DNA of 64,000 bases from Daphnia carinata. Lineage: Eukaryota. Shown here in pieces: positions 1 through 14,732 of the stretch. Both the position numbers and the translations under genes were made by a program. A model generated the notes under the pieces. It had not been told where the DNA came from. It did no database searches and saw nothing but the letters and a program-made list of their open reading frames with translations. The DNA is taken from assembly GCF_022539665.2 (NCBI RefSeq), contig NC_081333.1, positions 4,278,001 through 4,342,000 on the forward strand. The letters run 5' to 3'. The first letter of the stretch is position 1. Each line of letters opens with the position of its first letter.

Positions 1-1821
1 TTCTTTGTGCAGACCTTTCCAATTTTCAAATGTTTGGCGGGCCAAAAGTGGCATAGGGAATTCCCACGTCCGATTGGGCCGTTCGTGAAACGTGCTGTTT
101 TCGCACCGATTCAATCAGCGCAAATGAGAGCCATTATAAATTATTTAATAACAAATCGTATAGTAAATAACACGCACACCCATAACAGGATGTGTTTTAA
201 CCAAATTTCAATGTGTATACGAATCGATTGCGTTGATGACGGGCCGCGGCATTTGACGCACGCATGACGTCAATTGAAACCTCAATTTGAGGTTTGTTTT
301 CTTTTAAATGTCTTCATCTATTTCTTTTTTTTTTTTTGAATTATTTTTATTTTAGCTTTCCGTTCATCGGTTGATGAGCCTTCTTTTTTTTTTTTTTTTT
401 TTTTTTTGCTATCGGGATCTGTACTAGAATCCGCCACAGAAACGTTCGACATGAACGATGGACACACCCCGTTTTACACGTGACAATAGCTCGTTTCAAT
501 AGTTCGTGTAATTCAATTGTGTGTGTCGTGTCCGTCCACGCATCATCTCCTTCTTCTTTGTATTTGAATCGGCTGGGTCATCTAAAATAATGAAATGAAG
601 CACAATCCCCCAATGTTGTTTGCTCCTTTGAGGCCGGAGGTTCCCACTCACGAAAAAAAACGGCGCGTGTCAACCAGATTTCAAAATTGTTTCATTCCCA
701 ATCTACGTGCGAGATGTCAGTCGGAAAGAAAAAAAAACGGCGCGTGGCCGGACAAGACTCGGAATTTAAACACACACACACACTCAAAAAATTGAGCTCA
801 AAAACATTGAAAAAAAAAAACAACAAACGATTGGAAATCAAGTCGGGGAAAAAAAAAAAAACGCGCGTGGCAAGAAAAATAATTTAAAAAAAAGTATTAA
901 GAATTACATCACAATCATTAAAAGGATCCAAGTTCACTGATCGATCGTTTATATTTCTACTACGCGCCAAGTTCAAAAGGCGAGCAAACGCACGCGCGTG
1001 GCTCTCCATGTTTTGTCCGTATCAATTCTCTCATTTCGAACGCGCATCCTCCCCCTCCTCTTTTTCTTGAAACAAAAACGACACGATCATTTTCAAAATG
1101 CAAACGAACGTCTCAAAAACATTTAGGTGAATTCATTTTTTTTTTTTATTGTTTTGTTTGGTTTTGTTTTTGAAATCATTTGTTATCGTATATTTGCGCA
1201 CGAGGAGACAAAGTTCATCGGGCACGAGCCCCATACACTTACGACATCAGCCTATTGTTTTTGATTGATGACACATTATCAGAAAAAGACAAAGAAAAAA
1301 AAAAAAAAAAAAAAAAAGGGGGACACGAGCTACATTCAAGCATTTTTTTTTTTTTTTTTTTTTTTGAATTTCAAACACGCGCCACTCCGTTCAAAATGAA
1401 ATCGCACAAAGAGGAAGTCTTGGCCAAGTTAAAAAAAAGAAAAGAAAATTGGATTAATATACACAACTCCCAAGACAGCACGTGTAGAGCTACATTCAAC
1501 TTGTATTTGTGCGAATTGCGAGATCAACAGGTGTTATGCCGATTTGAATAACGCGTTTTTTTTTTACAGGTAGATAACCTAAAGGGAAAAAAAAAATAAT
1601 AAATGTTGAAAAAAAAAAAAAAAAAAAGGTACGACAAAGAGGAAGGCTTTTTTTTTTTTTTCCCTTCTGGTGGCCTGCAAATAACTGGGTCACAGACAAC
1701 ACCGGGCTGATGCCCTCTCCCTTATATTATCTCCCTCTATATATATATTTTACCTTTTATTTTTTTTATTTCGGTTTCCTGTATAACACAAACCCCTCTG
1801 CATTTTCGTGTATAACATGTG

Positions 1822-1858
<37 letters not shown>

Positions 1859-4020
1859 CTCGTTTTTTTTTCAATATTCGCGTACATCATTTTTCTTTGG
1901 TTGATGTAGTTTGCCTTTGTTTTTATGCGCATGCAAATCACAGTGTTGAGTCGAATTTTTGACCTACACTTTCTTTCTTTAAAAAAAAAAAAAAAAAACA
2001 AGTTAAAAGGCCAGACTTTTCTTTTAATAACAAGCCTTATGGATGTGTAGACTATAAATAAAAGGGGACCGTTTTTCAAAAGCTATACGGTTTCTATTTG
2101 AATGGCGTTTTCTTTCACGACCGATGGGTCACAACAATCACGTCATTGGTCGAGATTTATTTCTACGCGGTGGCCTTTTTTTTTTTTTTGTGTTTTGTTT
2201 TTTATCTTAAACATTTTTGAATCGCTATTACCATATACGATTTTCGTTTTAGCCCCCCCCCCCTTTTATTTACAAAGATCGTACCGCGTCGCCTCGTGAC
2301 GTCTTGCTTTTTAAATCGGGGAAAGTCTCTATGGGTTTTCTTTTTTTTTTTTTTTTTTCTCTCTACACACGAATTTGAATATTTGAATGTCAAAACCTTA
2401 TAGGGGCGGCAATGACGTCAATGCCTATACAAAATTTGTTTAAAAAAAAAAATATTTTAAATGCCCTTTGATGTGCATACCATTTTACTTTGGCACGCGT
2501 TACGCAACGCACCTTATTTAGCCTCCCCCCCCCCCTCAAAAAAAAAAAAGTGTTGTTTTCATTTTTTTGATTTATTTATAGTCTACGGTGTTATGTACAG
2601 ACGTAGGGCAACAACTTTCTCAGCATCCCGTATGTATACGTGTCAAAAACTTTCTTTCCATCTGCTATTTTCAGTCATTGACGTCACCGTATTCAAAAGA
2701 CGAGAGAAAATTAATAAAAGGGAAAATGATGGCCACAAGTTTTTGAGGTGTGTTACATTACGAGTGTAACAGTCTGGCCCATCACGTATATAGGTAGAAA
2801 AATATATAACAACAAAAGAGTACGCGTATATAAGGATGGAGAGTAGGCCAAAGGTGAACGGCCTGTTTTGACCTAGTCTGTTAAATGAGCCCTTACACAC
2901 ACACACACAGACACACCTGCACACACAGCAAGTCAATATAGGCCTACGTGTATACTAGAGAGATGTAGGCCTTCTTTTTTTTTTTTCAGTTAGCCTCGAT
3001 ACACATCAGCACAAACCCTCAGTTATTTTTTAAAAAATATGAAGGCATTTCCTCGTCTTTCTAAAAAAAAAGTATTACGAAGATTCTAAGCAGACGACTC
3101 ATTTATGTTTGTGATGCTTTTTAAATGAATCGTCGTTGATAAGGCCATTGACCAGTGAAAGTGAAAATGTTCATTAAAAATGCGTTATATATGTACATAT
3201 ATATCAATCTATATCCCCCCCCCCCTCTCTCTCTCTCTCTCTATGTGGCGTATAAGGATATAACGGATGGTTAAAGGTATCAACGAGGAATCGTGTTTCG
3301 GTCTGACCCATTGAACTTGAGAATCCCCCATCGTTCAGCAGGTCAATTGCCCCCCTTCTTTTTTTTTTTCCTTTTCTTTCCTTCTTTTGTCCTATATATC
3401 TATTTAACTCAAGAAAATTTATTTACATTTCCCTTTTTTTTTTTTTTCGTCCTTTTGTTGTGTGCGTCGAGGCAAACGTCTCAAAAACTTTGAACACGAG
3501 ATTTTGAAAACTAGACACACACACACACACACAAAAAAAAAGGGGGGGGATGTTTCGAGCCCCCATAACAATCATCCTATCATAGACCTCGAGACCCAAT
3601 AAAGAATCAATAAAATAAAGATCTTGTTCACCGGTTGTGTAGCGCGTGTGTTGACCCCCGATGACCTCTTGAAAGCTCCACAGATGGTGCATGTGTTATG
3701 ATCAACCCCCCCTTTCTCTTATATATTCCCCCCTATTTTTTTTTAAATAAATAAAAAAAAAAGAAGGAAAACTCGTACCTGATAGGAAATAAGAGACGAG
3801 TTTAAGAATAAAAAAAAAGAAGGACATGGCCTCAATATCTAATAACCCCCGTGCATGTACACACAAATAACCCTTGTACGAACGTTCAGCAGCCGGAATT
3901 CAAATTTTCTATTTCTTTTTCCAAAAATAACAATACAATATTGTTGGAAAAAAAAAATAAATAAAGGAAGAGAAAGGTAGATCGTGTTCCAGCTGCTGCC
4001 GAACTTGACCTTTTCTCCGG

Positions 4021-4053
<33 letters not shown>

Positions 4054-6965
4054 CGGAATATATAGTTGTGAATGACCCGGATTTAGTTTCCATCAAACAA
4101 GACATACCCACGACGAATTTCATTTGTTGTGTCCTGTTTTATTTTATTTTTTTTTGTTTTTTTTTTTTTTTTTTTTGAATGGTCCTATTTAAAGCGACCT
4201 TGAATGAACTAGATCTGTATTGCCTGTATAGCTATTTATACGGCCTCCTTATATAAAAAAAAAAAATGCAGGAAGCAAAATGAACAAACTGTTGCTGTGA
4301 ACAACAAGATTTCTAGGGAAACATTGAAAATAAACGTTGCTCTATTTCAATTAGAAATGTTTATATTAGAAAGGCAATCGTTGCACGAGATTTGAATGCA
4401 GGTGCGTGAACGAAAGGTATAACTGTGGGGAATTTCGCGAAGCCATTATTTAAAAAGACAAGCGAATACTGCGCAGATAAAACGACAATATCTCATTCGA
4501 ATTTACATATAAAAATAGCCTTGTATAGAATTGGTATTCTAATTAAGTTGTTTCAAGGTTGTTCCGCGTGCGTTATAATATCAACCGACGTTTGACATTC
4601 ATCATTGGGGCTAGCAAGTGCGTAGCGATCGTATCATCCCCAAATTCGATCTTCACAAAATGATTTCCGAATTCATTTAATCCCATTGGATGAGTCATGT
4701 GACCTTCGTGTATTTTCATAATCATATTTGGTAATTACCGAAAGTGCGACGAATTTAAAAATAAAGCCTCACGGGATACGTAATTCAATCATTTCATTTT
4801 TTTTATTATCAAGGCATTTCTTTCAAAGCCAATTATTTTGAAATGATTATTTGGAATGGCACCCTGACAATTGCGATGGTACGTCAACGTTTCGTTACAA
4901 ACGTCCGTATTTTTTTTTTTTTTTTTTTTAATCTCAATTAAAACAGGTACCAACAGGCGAAAATAAAAATTGAGCATGGGCGTTGCGACCCCGCTTCGAA
5001 ACGATATTCCTGGTATTTTATTTTATCGATAAAATATCATTTGTTTTCTATCTAGAAAATTCATTTTTTTTTCTCTGCAAATCTTACTAAGCATTTTTTT
5101 TGTGTGTGTGTGTGTGTCTGTTGTTTTTCTTTGGGTCAATTGAAAAACAAATGCCAATTCCCTCGTCTATTTAAAATTAAAGAAGAAAAAGTGAAATCTG
5201 TTAAGAAAAAACCGCCAACAATGTTTTGAAAAAAAATAAAAAAATAAAAATTTTTCTTTTTACACGAGGGGTATCTCATCAACCATATTTGGCGATAGAT
5301 AATTATAATTTATCGCCTTTTCTATTACGAAAAAAAAAAGAGGCCCTCTACAAGTATTTCTCTCTTCATCAATTTTTTTTTGGCTAGAGTTTCTTCACAT
5401 ACACACACGGCGCGTATAGAATATTTTTGCATACATAGTGACATGGCAAGTCTCTCTCTCTCTCTCTCTTTTTTTCTTATTTAAAAAATAAAATAATAAT
5501 TCTTTATCTCTCTCTTTAAAATGCTGTTATCCTGCAGTCCAGCCGTGGCTTGAGGCAGGCCAGCGCAGTCCAAATGTCGGTCACTCGGCCAAGGACTGGG
5601 ACCAACCATATTATGTACATATACGTCTGTGCGTATCGAATCTAGGAGAATATACAAGCACCCAGCGAAAATTCATAACGTATAGAATCGATCCAAAGTC
5701 CACCACTCTGTGTGTGTGTGTGTGTGTCTCTTAACGTGCTAGCCTATATTTTTAATAATTAACTATCGTTTTTATGGTGATTGAAGTTTGATAAAAACAA
5801 AAACGCTGAATGAATAGATTCATTTTTGCAAAGATGTCTACTTTAATTCGCCTAATTTTGCTGTACGACTAAATAAAATTTAAAAACCCGCCTTGCTTTT
5901 ATTAGATACTCCTCCTCTGTCTTGTTTGATATGTCTTGTCCTTGCCCTACTATCAGCGATTCGCTCTCGCAAACAGCAGCAACATCCAATAAACAAGCGG
6001 CCATCTAGTCGGGCGCCAAAAACATTCCAAGAAAGACGTTTGAAATTCAAAACGAAAACAAAGAGCGATTTTTTTTTTTTTGTATACGGCATCTATTTCT
6101 TGTTTTTGTTTTTGTTTTATTTCATCTGTGCTCGATATTTCATTAAAAAAAAAGAAAAAAGGGGAGACACTGTGTAACCAAATTCGTACATTATTTGCAT
6201 ATAAGGTGCATGTATGGGGCGTGACCCAGTCTGCTGATTCGTTCAGCGCCTCTATATACAGACGCTGTCTTACACACTATTATATCTTTATATGCAAAAA
6301 AAAAAATAAATAAATACAATAAATAAAAAAAAAATACAACAAGAATCTTGTTTTTTTTTGAGAAGGGAGGCAGGGTTTATTGGCGCTGTTGGAAAGTGAA
6401 AGTCCACCTGCAAATCCCTAGCGATTTTTGCCGCAATTCTTTTTATTTTAATCATAGGCGGCAGCAAACATCGCCAGAAATAAAAGGGCAAAAAAAAAAA
6501 AATAGATTCGTTTTTAGTTTTTATTATTTTGGGTTTTTAATTTTTCTGCGAAATTTCACATTCTATAATTTCTCCGTGCACCGTGTAATGGGAATTTAAA
6601 AATACAAAGAGTCTCTCTCTCTCTCTCTCTCTCTCCGTCTGGTCGCCAAAAATGAAACCAATCCCATTTTTAGAAAAGGAATAAGAAAAAAGAGGTTATC
6701 TCTATACACCCCCCCCCCTTCCATTTGAAATATATTTAAAGGGCACCCATACAAGTTTATAGAGATGTATGGAATAGTGGTGGAAGAATAAAAGACCCCC
6801 CTTCTCCTCCCCGTTCTCCTCCCAAAATAAAGTTTAAAAAGAAAAAAAAAAAAAAAAAAAAAAAAAAAACTTTCACTCGCGTGTGGCTGATGTCGGTCGG
6901 GGCCCGGTCGTGTATTTGAAAAAGATTCAACAGGTCGGTTTCTATGGACGTTCCCTCAAACAAAC

Positions 6966-6996
<31 letters not shown>

Positions 6997-9900
6997 AAAG
7001 AAAAGAGAAAGACTTTTTAACACAGCCCTTTATATATTCAATTTGTCTATGTCTGTGCTTGTCTGCTTGTTTCCCTTTCATCAGACCTCCGGTTGTTCTT
7101 CATTCAATATTTCGTGACACGTAAACGGTTATGGAATAGTCCACACGTGCCGAAAAAAAAAAAAAAAAATCAAAGAAATAACACAAAGCAAGGACGTTCA
7201 ATCACCTTTTGGTGATCATCATCGTCTCCTGCCATTAATGGAACATCCATTCTTGTTGTTCACATTCGCAGTGTGCCTCTCCGCCCCGTTGAATTTGTTT
7301 ATTATTGTCTGGTTGTGCTCGTATTAACAAGAGCATTGAACCACTAAATGCCGTGTGCACAAAATGTGTAGACAACCACACGTTATACAGGCCCTTTTGG
7401 GTCTCTCTTTCTATATGCATGTTAGAAAGAGAAAATGAAAGGAAACCTTGAACTAGATTGTTCCAGCAGCTATTATCTGTTTCACATTCTATATAACATG
7501 TACAATGTCAGTTGGGTATTTCCTCTTTCTTTTAATAAACGCGACAGGTTATACGTTGCCCTTTGACAAAAGGGGGTGGAGGACGCATTTAATGGTGAAA
7601 GTGTTGAAAACATCCTCTCTGTTGGATGACCTTTATAAAGCGCGACCTCAATCGTCCCCCCTCTTTTCTTGCTGATTTAAACTGACGTTTTTTTTTTGTT
7701 TTATGTAACTCGAACCTAAACACATCGAGTTCGGAATCCTTAAAATAGATCGTCTCGTCATCGCTGTAAGAACAAAAGATAAGTGTTGGGGCGGTGTATT
7801 CTAATTAGACAGTCGATGGCTATGAACAAAGTCTGGCTAAATATAAACACAGCAAAGACGACTGAAGATGACCCATCTTCTCGACGCATCCAAGTTGAAC
7901 TGAATCATTGTGGTACCTTCGACTTGAAAAACATCGTCCCGTAAGGATTCGATCATTGTTCCAAGAATTCCGTTTCTGTGTCCACGTTTTCCAAAATAGG
8001 TTTCAAACAAAAACGTGTACATTTTTCTTAACAAAAGTGGGCAGCCTTCTGATGTGATGTTGATAGATTTTTATTATTTATTTTTTTTTCTATTTAGGGT
8101 TCGTCTGGGAAGTCGATCTAAGAATAAGTGGAACTAACAAAAGTGCACTTAAAGTTGCATGTGTATAGTTATATTTGGGGCTGCCCATATATTAGTTTAG
8201 CCCAATACGAAAATAGATAAGCATTCGGTGGGTGTCGTCTATATACTTTGTGTGCACAAGAAAGACGAAAATAAATTTCGTGCCTATATTAACAGGCGCT
8301 GTCGGAGGATGTCAAATGTCGTCTACCTTCATTGCTTCTTCTCTCTTTTTTTGGGTATTCTCAGTAATTCGTTACTGCAAAATATCTTCTTAGAAATCTA
8401 TAAATGTATCCGAAAATATATTGGTCAATTGCTGTCAAAGAAGATTGCACTATACTTTTGAAGTCTTCAACTTGTCCATCAGTTGGAAATGATTCATCGT
8501 TCTCGTGGGCTGGGCTCATGTTGTCAGAGTCATCTTTTGAAACGTAGTGCACACATGGACGACGTGATCGCGTTCCAGTCAATCGATGGCCTAACGCCCG
8601 TGAACACAAAGAGAAAAAACGCCCATGTGGCAATACACGTGCAATTCTACACGTGATGACACAGCACAAAAACCTCAACTTGAACATTTTTGACTCAAAT
8701 ATATAGAACGTGGCAGCAACTGAAAAAAGCCACCACCTGGGGATCGCTGTATCTATATATTCTCCTATTCCCTTAAGGACATTACAGAGTTCGCATTAAC
8801 TGGGTTCTTTTTCTAACCCTTTCATGTCTTCTAAATTTGAACATCAACCGTGATCGTTATACCTGGCGAAAAACAAAAGCATTCTGGAATGTTCTCGTTT
8901 TCAATCAGTTGAAACGAAATGAGAATAGACGGACATAACGAGCGCGGTGCACAGAACAGGAACCTCTGCAACAACGAACGCGGACAGAGACGTCGTCCTT
9001 GACACATCCACGGCCATCCGCATCGGGTTTTTCGTGTGTTCGGGGTTTGTGACCGCTCCGACGAGTTCACCTGCACCACAAATGGATAACGTAATCAAAC
9101 GGCCGAGGAAAAGGAGAGAGTGGTTGAAAATAATAAGTTTTGATACCCCACGTATATCAAACTGAAACTGGAGACTTGTAAAAAAAAAAAACAAAAAAAA
9201 ACAAAACAAATTAGATGCAAATTTATACCATGAGGAACTAAACAGGTTGGCTATAAATCATCTTGCTTTTAGTTGAACATGCTGTTTCAGGGGGTTACAT
9301 GTTAAAAAAAAAAAAAAAAAGAGGCCTAACCCGAAAATGGGATGGCGGGTAGTCCCGCGTTCAACGGGTTGAATAAAATTCGGAGAACATATCAGGGTTG
9401 ATCAACCCTTTTTTTTTTTTTTTTTTGTGTTTCCAGATACAATTCGATGGCCTGATTTGGGAATCGCCCCGTTTTATTACACGCCTCAATTTCATTAAAT
9501 CGAATCCCCACAACGGCTAATTTAACCTTGGAGGAAGAACGTGGGCATTTGTTTTTAAAATTTCATGCCTATCGTGTCTAAACGTGTCCCGAATGAATAT
9601 ACGTGAAAAAAAAAGATCCCTATAACATGAACGCAATGCGGATGTACTAAATGGACTTGTACAACGATTAGACACCTGTCCAGCGTGACAGACTCGGACG
9701 ACTGCATGAAAACGGACCGGATAAACAGGTTGACTGCTGGAACGTGTTTATCGGTTGACATCTTTTATTGTCACTCGGCCAGTAGGGGAGGGGAAATAAC
9801 AACTAAAAATCACTGAAAAAAAAAAACTAAAATAATTAACGCATTTCTTGGAATTGTTCCCAGTCCACAAGTTATTGTGGATCACAGTGTATTCGGTTCC

Positions 9901-12900
9901 GCTTAAAATATTGACTTACAAATTAGGGTGAATAATCTCAGTCGACATTGAAACTCTTTTTTTTTTGGGGGGGGGGGAGGGTTACATTTTATTTATTATT
10001 AAATATTTAGGGTACAAAAAAAAAAAGACGAAATGTTAGATGGAAGGACGTGAAAATCATATCAGATTGAACAAGACAATGAATTTGTTTTTGGAGGACA
10101 CGTAATGTTGGATGACCCAACAACCCTTCCTCGTGTTTAAATTTTATTTATTTTTAAGGCTATATAAGTTTATTTCTGTTCGCCCCTTCTTCTTTTTCTT
10201 TCCAAATCCCGCTCGACGGCTGTTGCACGATCATCGCCCCCAATTTAAATATCTCGGACACAGCAGTAGACCTGCGACGGCGGTCAGATCGCTATAAGCT
10301 CACGCGTGCATCCAAGGTCTCCCGTCTGGTCCCGGGTTGAACGCACTCGTCTATATACTACACTATTTTTTATGATGATTTTTTTTTTTTTTTTTTTGGT
10401 TTAAATACATAAATCCTTTTCTTATCCCGAATTTAAAATGTACGCCTTCCAAGATTTCCCCCGCTGATATCGATCGATATATATGACGCTCGTCACGTAA
10501 GCCTATACAAGGGCCTGCTTTTTATTTTTCTTTTAAGGTATTTTAATTCATTTGGAATAAAAATGCGAAATTGCAAAACTCAGTTTTTTTTTTGCGAATC
10601 AGGAACCACCAAACACATAAAAAAAAAATGAATTTAATACAGCGGATAAAGCGCACAAATCATTAAACAACATGTAGGGCCATCAAATGATAGCGAGGGC
10701 AATTTGAGCAGTTCGCGATTTTTCTGCAAAAGAAATGCTAAACGTCGACTTCGCGTTTTATTTTTCTTTCGTTATTTTTTTTTTCCTTTTTCCCTTTCCG
10801 AGGGAAGAAAAAAAAAATTACGGAAAAAAAATAATACTGAGAATTCCATTAAGAAATATTCTAAGGGCGAACGAGGGCATTGGGTCGACAACATTTTTTT
10901 TTTGGTTCAATTAAATAACTTGGGCCTTTTTGTTTTGTTTCTCTTTATCGAAAAAAAGAAAATTAAAGTAAAAGGGATTTCTTTTTATTGTCGGGGTATT
11001 GGATCTAGAATTTGCCTACGTGTATCGAAGCTCAGCGGATTTCGAATATCAAGGACTCTATGGATTTCGTCACATAAGAGATTACAGAAATGTCGTCGGC
11101 CCTTGTCCACGTTATCCGCGATGTTTTTCAATCGTTTGCCCCATTTGTAATCATCTTGTGGGAATCGTGCCACGTAATCCATGAGGTCTTATGTTAGTGG
11201 ATTTTTCAAAGCTGTCCCACGTAGGCGTCGGCCAGCCGATAATCGGGTCATCCTTTTTCTTTCTTTTCAAAAACATATCGACGAAGCAAAAGGTTGACAT
11301 GTTGATAAATCTCGAGAATATCCACCTCTAGTGATTTCGCTGGGGTTAGCGTGATAAAAAAAACACGTTACATAAAAACAAAAGAAGGGGGAAAGGGGAG
11401 TTTCGGAAATGACAAAATTATGTAACTTTTGGAAAACGACAGCAATTTTGACGCCTTTCTTTCTGGGCCAAGAAGATACTGAGACTTGCGGTAACTACGG
11501 CCCGATATAGGTTATATTTTAACAACCCCAAACGGTTACAGCGTGGTACCACAATCGCTTGGCAAACTCTGTTGATATGTTTTTTTTTTTGTTTTTTTTT
11601 TGTTTTCAAAGTTATTCCAAGATCATATTTCACTTCCGTCCTGGGAATTGCCTTTTTTTTTTTTTTTTTTTTTTTTGATATTTTTTCTTCTTTGCGCAGA
11701 ACTACGTCCGTGGTGGTACCAGCACAAAGAGTATAACTCAATAAGTGCCGTATGGGAATTTGGCTTTTAATTAACCTTGAACTATCATTTTTTTCTCCTG
11801 TTTTTTGGGGACCCTTTTCCGCGTTTTCTGAGCAAAGTGCACGTAGTTTCAATTGAACTGGGTACCCACCTTTTGTTTTTGAAGTCACGTAGCTTCAAGT
11901 TAATCGCTTTAAAGTCAACAATCGATCAATAACCTTCAAGCGCTATCCACCCCATCATTTTGCAAAAACATTGTGTTTTTTTTTTCTCTCTAACGAATGA
12001 CGACGCGTTTGAACACGTCGCAACCTGTTTCCGCCCACCTGAATGACCCCCACCTCTGTGTCGCCTAATTAACGTCGCAAGTGGACAAAAAAAACGTGAA
12101 GGAGAACGAGAGAGGGGCATGAAAAGGCAAACACCTTTCGTACAGTCACCGACGTGTTTGAAATGTTGGAATTTCCACACACCCTCCTCGGGGAATATTT
12201 GCAGAGATAAAAAAACGTATTTTTTTTGTGTTTAATTATATGGAATTTAAAGTCACGACCTCGCGTCTAAAAAGTTCACTGGCCCTCAAAATTCGCGGAT
12301 TTAAATTCAAATGAAAGTGTTTCCAGATTTTTCCGAGTTTCATGGTGTTTGCATCAGCCGTGTCAATAACAGCGGAAAATAGGGCGTCTCAGGTGGGTCA
12401 TCTTCATTTGAAGATGCCCGTCTCTGAGCATTTGCTCCGGCATCATCCATCACACACGCGAGAGACACCATTTTTCCCTCTGTTTTTCTATTATATCCAT
12501 GTTATAGTGGATGTACGTACAACCAACTGGGGATTTCCCATCTGCACTAATGACGTCGTTTGCGTTGACCAACGATGTTATTTACATGCCAATATTAAAG
12601 CAAAAATGAAAAAAGAGAAAATTACTGAGAACGACGAGAAGGCAAGGCGAAAACACTCGTACAAGTTAGAAGAAGGAAAGCAGGTCAAGGTATCATGAAC
12701 AGGTCACACGGGCCATCAAAGAGTCCTTCAAAACTTCTTGTATAAGACGAAGATGAACAGAAGGCGAAACAGAATTTCCCACAAAACTCGTGGTGACCTC
12801 GTCGTGTACAGATGCCGATGACCTGTCGAATTGTTTTTTTTTTACACGGAGTAAATCAAATGAACTCTTTTAAAAAGTTGTTGTCCTTTATTTTTTTTTT

Positions 12901-13400
12901 CACACCGGCCTCACCTCCCCCTACATTCCTCGTCATCCTCCCACCTTTCTCCGATCAATAGGTTTAAGAAACAATTTTTCACAACATTCCAATGCGATTA
13001 AACATTTTCACCTCCCTTTTCTTCTTTTTTTTTTTTTTTTTTTCCTCTATGCACTTGGTCTCTATATGATACCATATAGAGTGTCTTTTTTTTTCGTGTG
13101 TGTTTTTACTACGACGGCTTTTATACTCTACTACAACAGCAAAATGACTCATCGGACCTCCTTTCACTTATTGGCTGTAGTAGAGTCTATGTGTTTGCAT
13201 CGCACCATTCAGCCATGTCAAGGTCGCTGGTTTTTCGCCAGAAACTTACAAGAAGCAGAAGAATCAGTCCTATCAAAGAATTAAAAAAAATAAAAGAGTA
13301 ACATTTTCTGGTAGTTTTTTTTTTTTGCATATGTGTCCAATGATTAGATTACTATGGACATTATTCTTTCTTCGTTTCGAATGGATTGTCCTTTAGCGCG
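1..13400. other. Long, mostly non-coding region rich in poly-A/T tracts and (CA)n/(CT)n microsatellites; large intron or regulatory region
   Basis: The listed ORFs are dominated by poly-K/poly-F runs from homopolymers, and no recognisable protein family is present. Confidence 0.7.
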
Positions 13401-13490
13401 TGAAGCGCTTAATTAAATACATGTAAAAAAAATCAGAAAGTTCATGAGCTCCTCGCTTTTAAGTGTTGTAGTTTATGTAGCTATAACGTA

Positions 13491-14186
13491 CTATTCGTTT
13501 CGTTTTTTGTTTAAGGTTTCAAATTGGCGAAGGCGGGAGACGTTGCGAAGTGTAGTAAATGAGACGCATAACTGGATCGCCATTAGAGATGTGGAAATTG
13601 ACAAGGCGATTACCTCCATGACTTGGCTCAAGCTCAAAGCCACTAGGAGGATGATGGCAACCAAAGGTAATTGGACAAGCAGCGTAGTGAACCAGAATGT
13701 GGAAAGCTCAGTCACTTGCTCGCTCATATTGCCTGACATGCCAAGGTAAATCCTGGTGGCTTCCATTATTAGCATGCTTGATACCCCAATACCTAGGAGC
13801 ACATATGAAAACCAGCCAAAGCACTGGGCCTGAAGATGCACATGTGAAAGTTAACCATTATAAAAAGACTGATGTGTTATTTCAGTGTACCTTTGTTACG
13901 AATGAAGTGAGCATGATTACCAACCACACAGGGTAGTAGACCAAATTGAAATAAAGTGACACTTGTAGTACCAAACTCGAATTAACATCGTATACTAGAA
14001 TTCAAATGTTCAAATAACATTGAACGTAAATTATCAAGTTTAAATTCCCACTTTGGAGAGATCTGATATGCTACCTATATCTCTTTGACCCGATACGAAC
14101 GAGAAATCCTGCGGAACATCGGATAAACCTGGAAATATTTTATCACTGAAAGAATTTACAACGTTTTGAACTGATTGTCGGCCCAT
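13491..14186 (-). CDS. TMEM17: Transmembrane protein 17-like (ciliary transition-zone TMEM17/216 family); 3 exons approx. 14186-14075, 13994-13891, 13829-13491
   Basis: Spliced translation MGRQSVQNVVNSFSDKIFPG...VNSSLVLQVSLYFNLVYYPVW...MEATRIYLGMSGNMSEQVTELSTFW matches TMEM17-family motifs (SSLxLQxSLYFN; ExxRxYLGxxGN). GT-AG junctions keep the frame. Confidence 0.85.
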
Positions 14187-14480
14187 TTCGTTTAACTTCC
14201 AGTGGGATGCCAACAAAAACGTCAGTTGAGTGTTTTGGGCATTTCAAACGCGGCGCCATGGCAACGGCTAGCAGAATAGAGCAAAGCTCAGCTGTTTTCA
14301 TTACATGACTTTCTCCCGCCAGCCGCCACTGCACATGTGCTACGTTATCATCCTCCAGTTAAAATTGATTTCGAAATAAAGGCTTTTCGAAAAAGTGATA
14401 ATTGAAATATTTATTGTTACCACTCACCAACAGATTCAACTAAAAGAGCTTTTCTCTCTAACAGATTACAAAATCTAAAC

Positions 14481-14732
14481 ATGGGCGGTTGGCAACTGGA
14501 AGCAGCTAAAATGGGCTTGTACATGACATTCCCTGTTGCTCTCTTCTATTACTTTAATCAAGCAGAGTACTTTGAAGATTGGATGATTAACATGAGAAGA
14601 GAAATGTATCCTCCTGAAGCGAGAGTGAACAAAAAAGAGTTTGAAGACACTATACATGAAATGAAGGAAAAACGTGAGCGAGAATATCTCAGGCTACTTG
14701 AAGAGAAAGAGAGTGCTAAAAGTAACCATTGA
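14481..14732 (+). CDS. PET100: Cytochrome c oxidase assembly factor PET100 homolog (single exon, 83 aa)
   Basis: MGGWQLEAAKMGLYMTFPVALFYYFNQAEYFE matches the PET100 family N-terminus (LExxKMxLYxxFPVxxFxxFNQxEYFE) followed by a charged helical tail. Confidence 0.9.
   Translation: MGGWQLEAAKMGLYMTFPVALFYYFNQAEYFEDWMINMRREMYPPEARVNKKEFEDTIHEMKEKREREYLRLLEEKESAKSNH

Noticed and set aside
7..7420. Numerous 60-120 aa ORFs in the first 7.4 kb
   Set aside because: They are products of poly-A/T tracts and microsatellites (poly-K, poly-F, HTHT, CVCV) with no domain signal.
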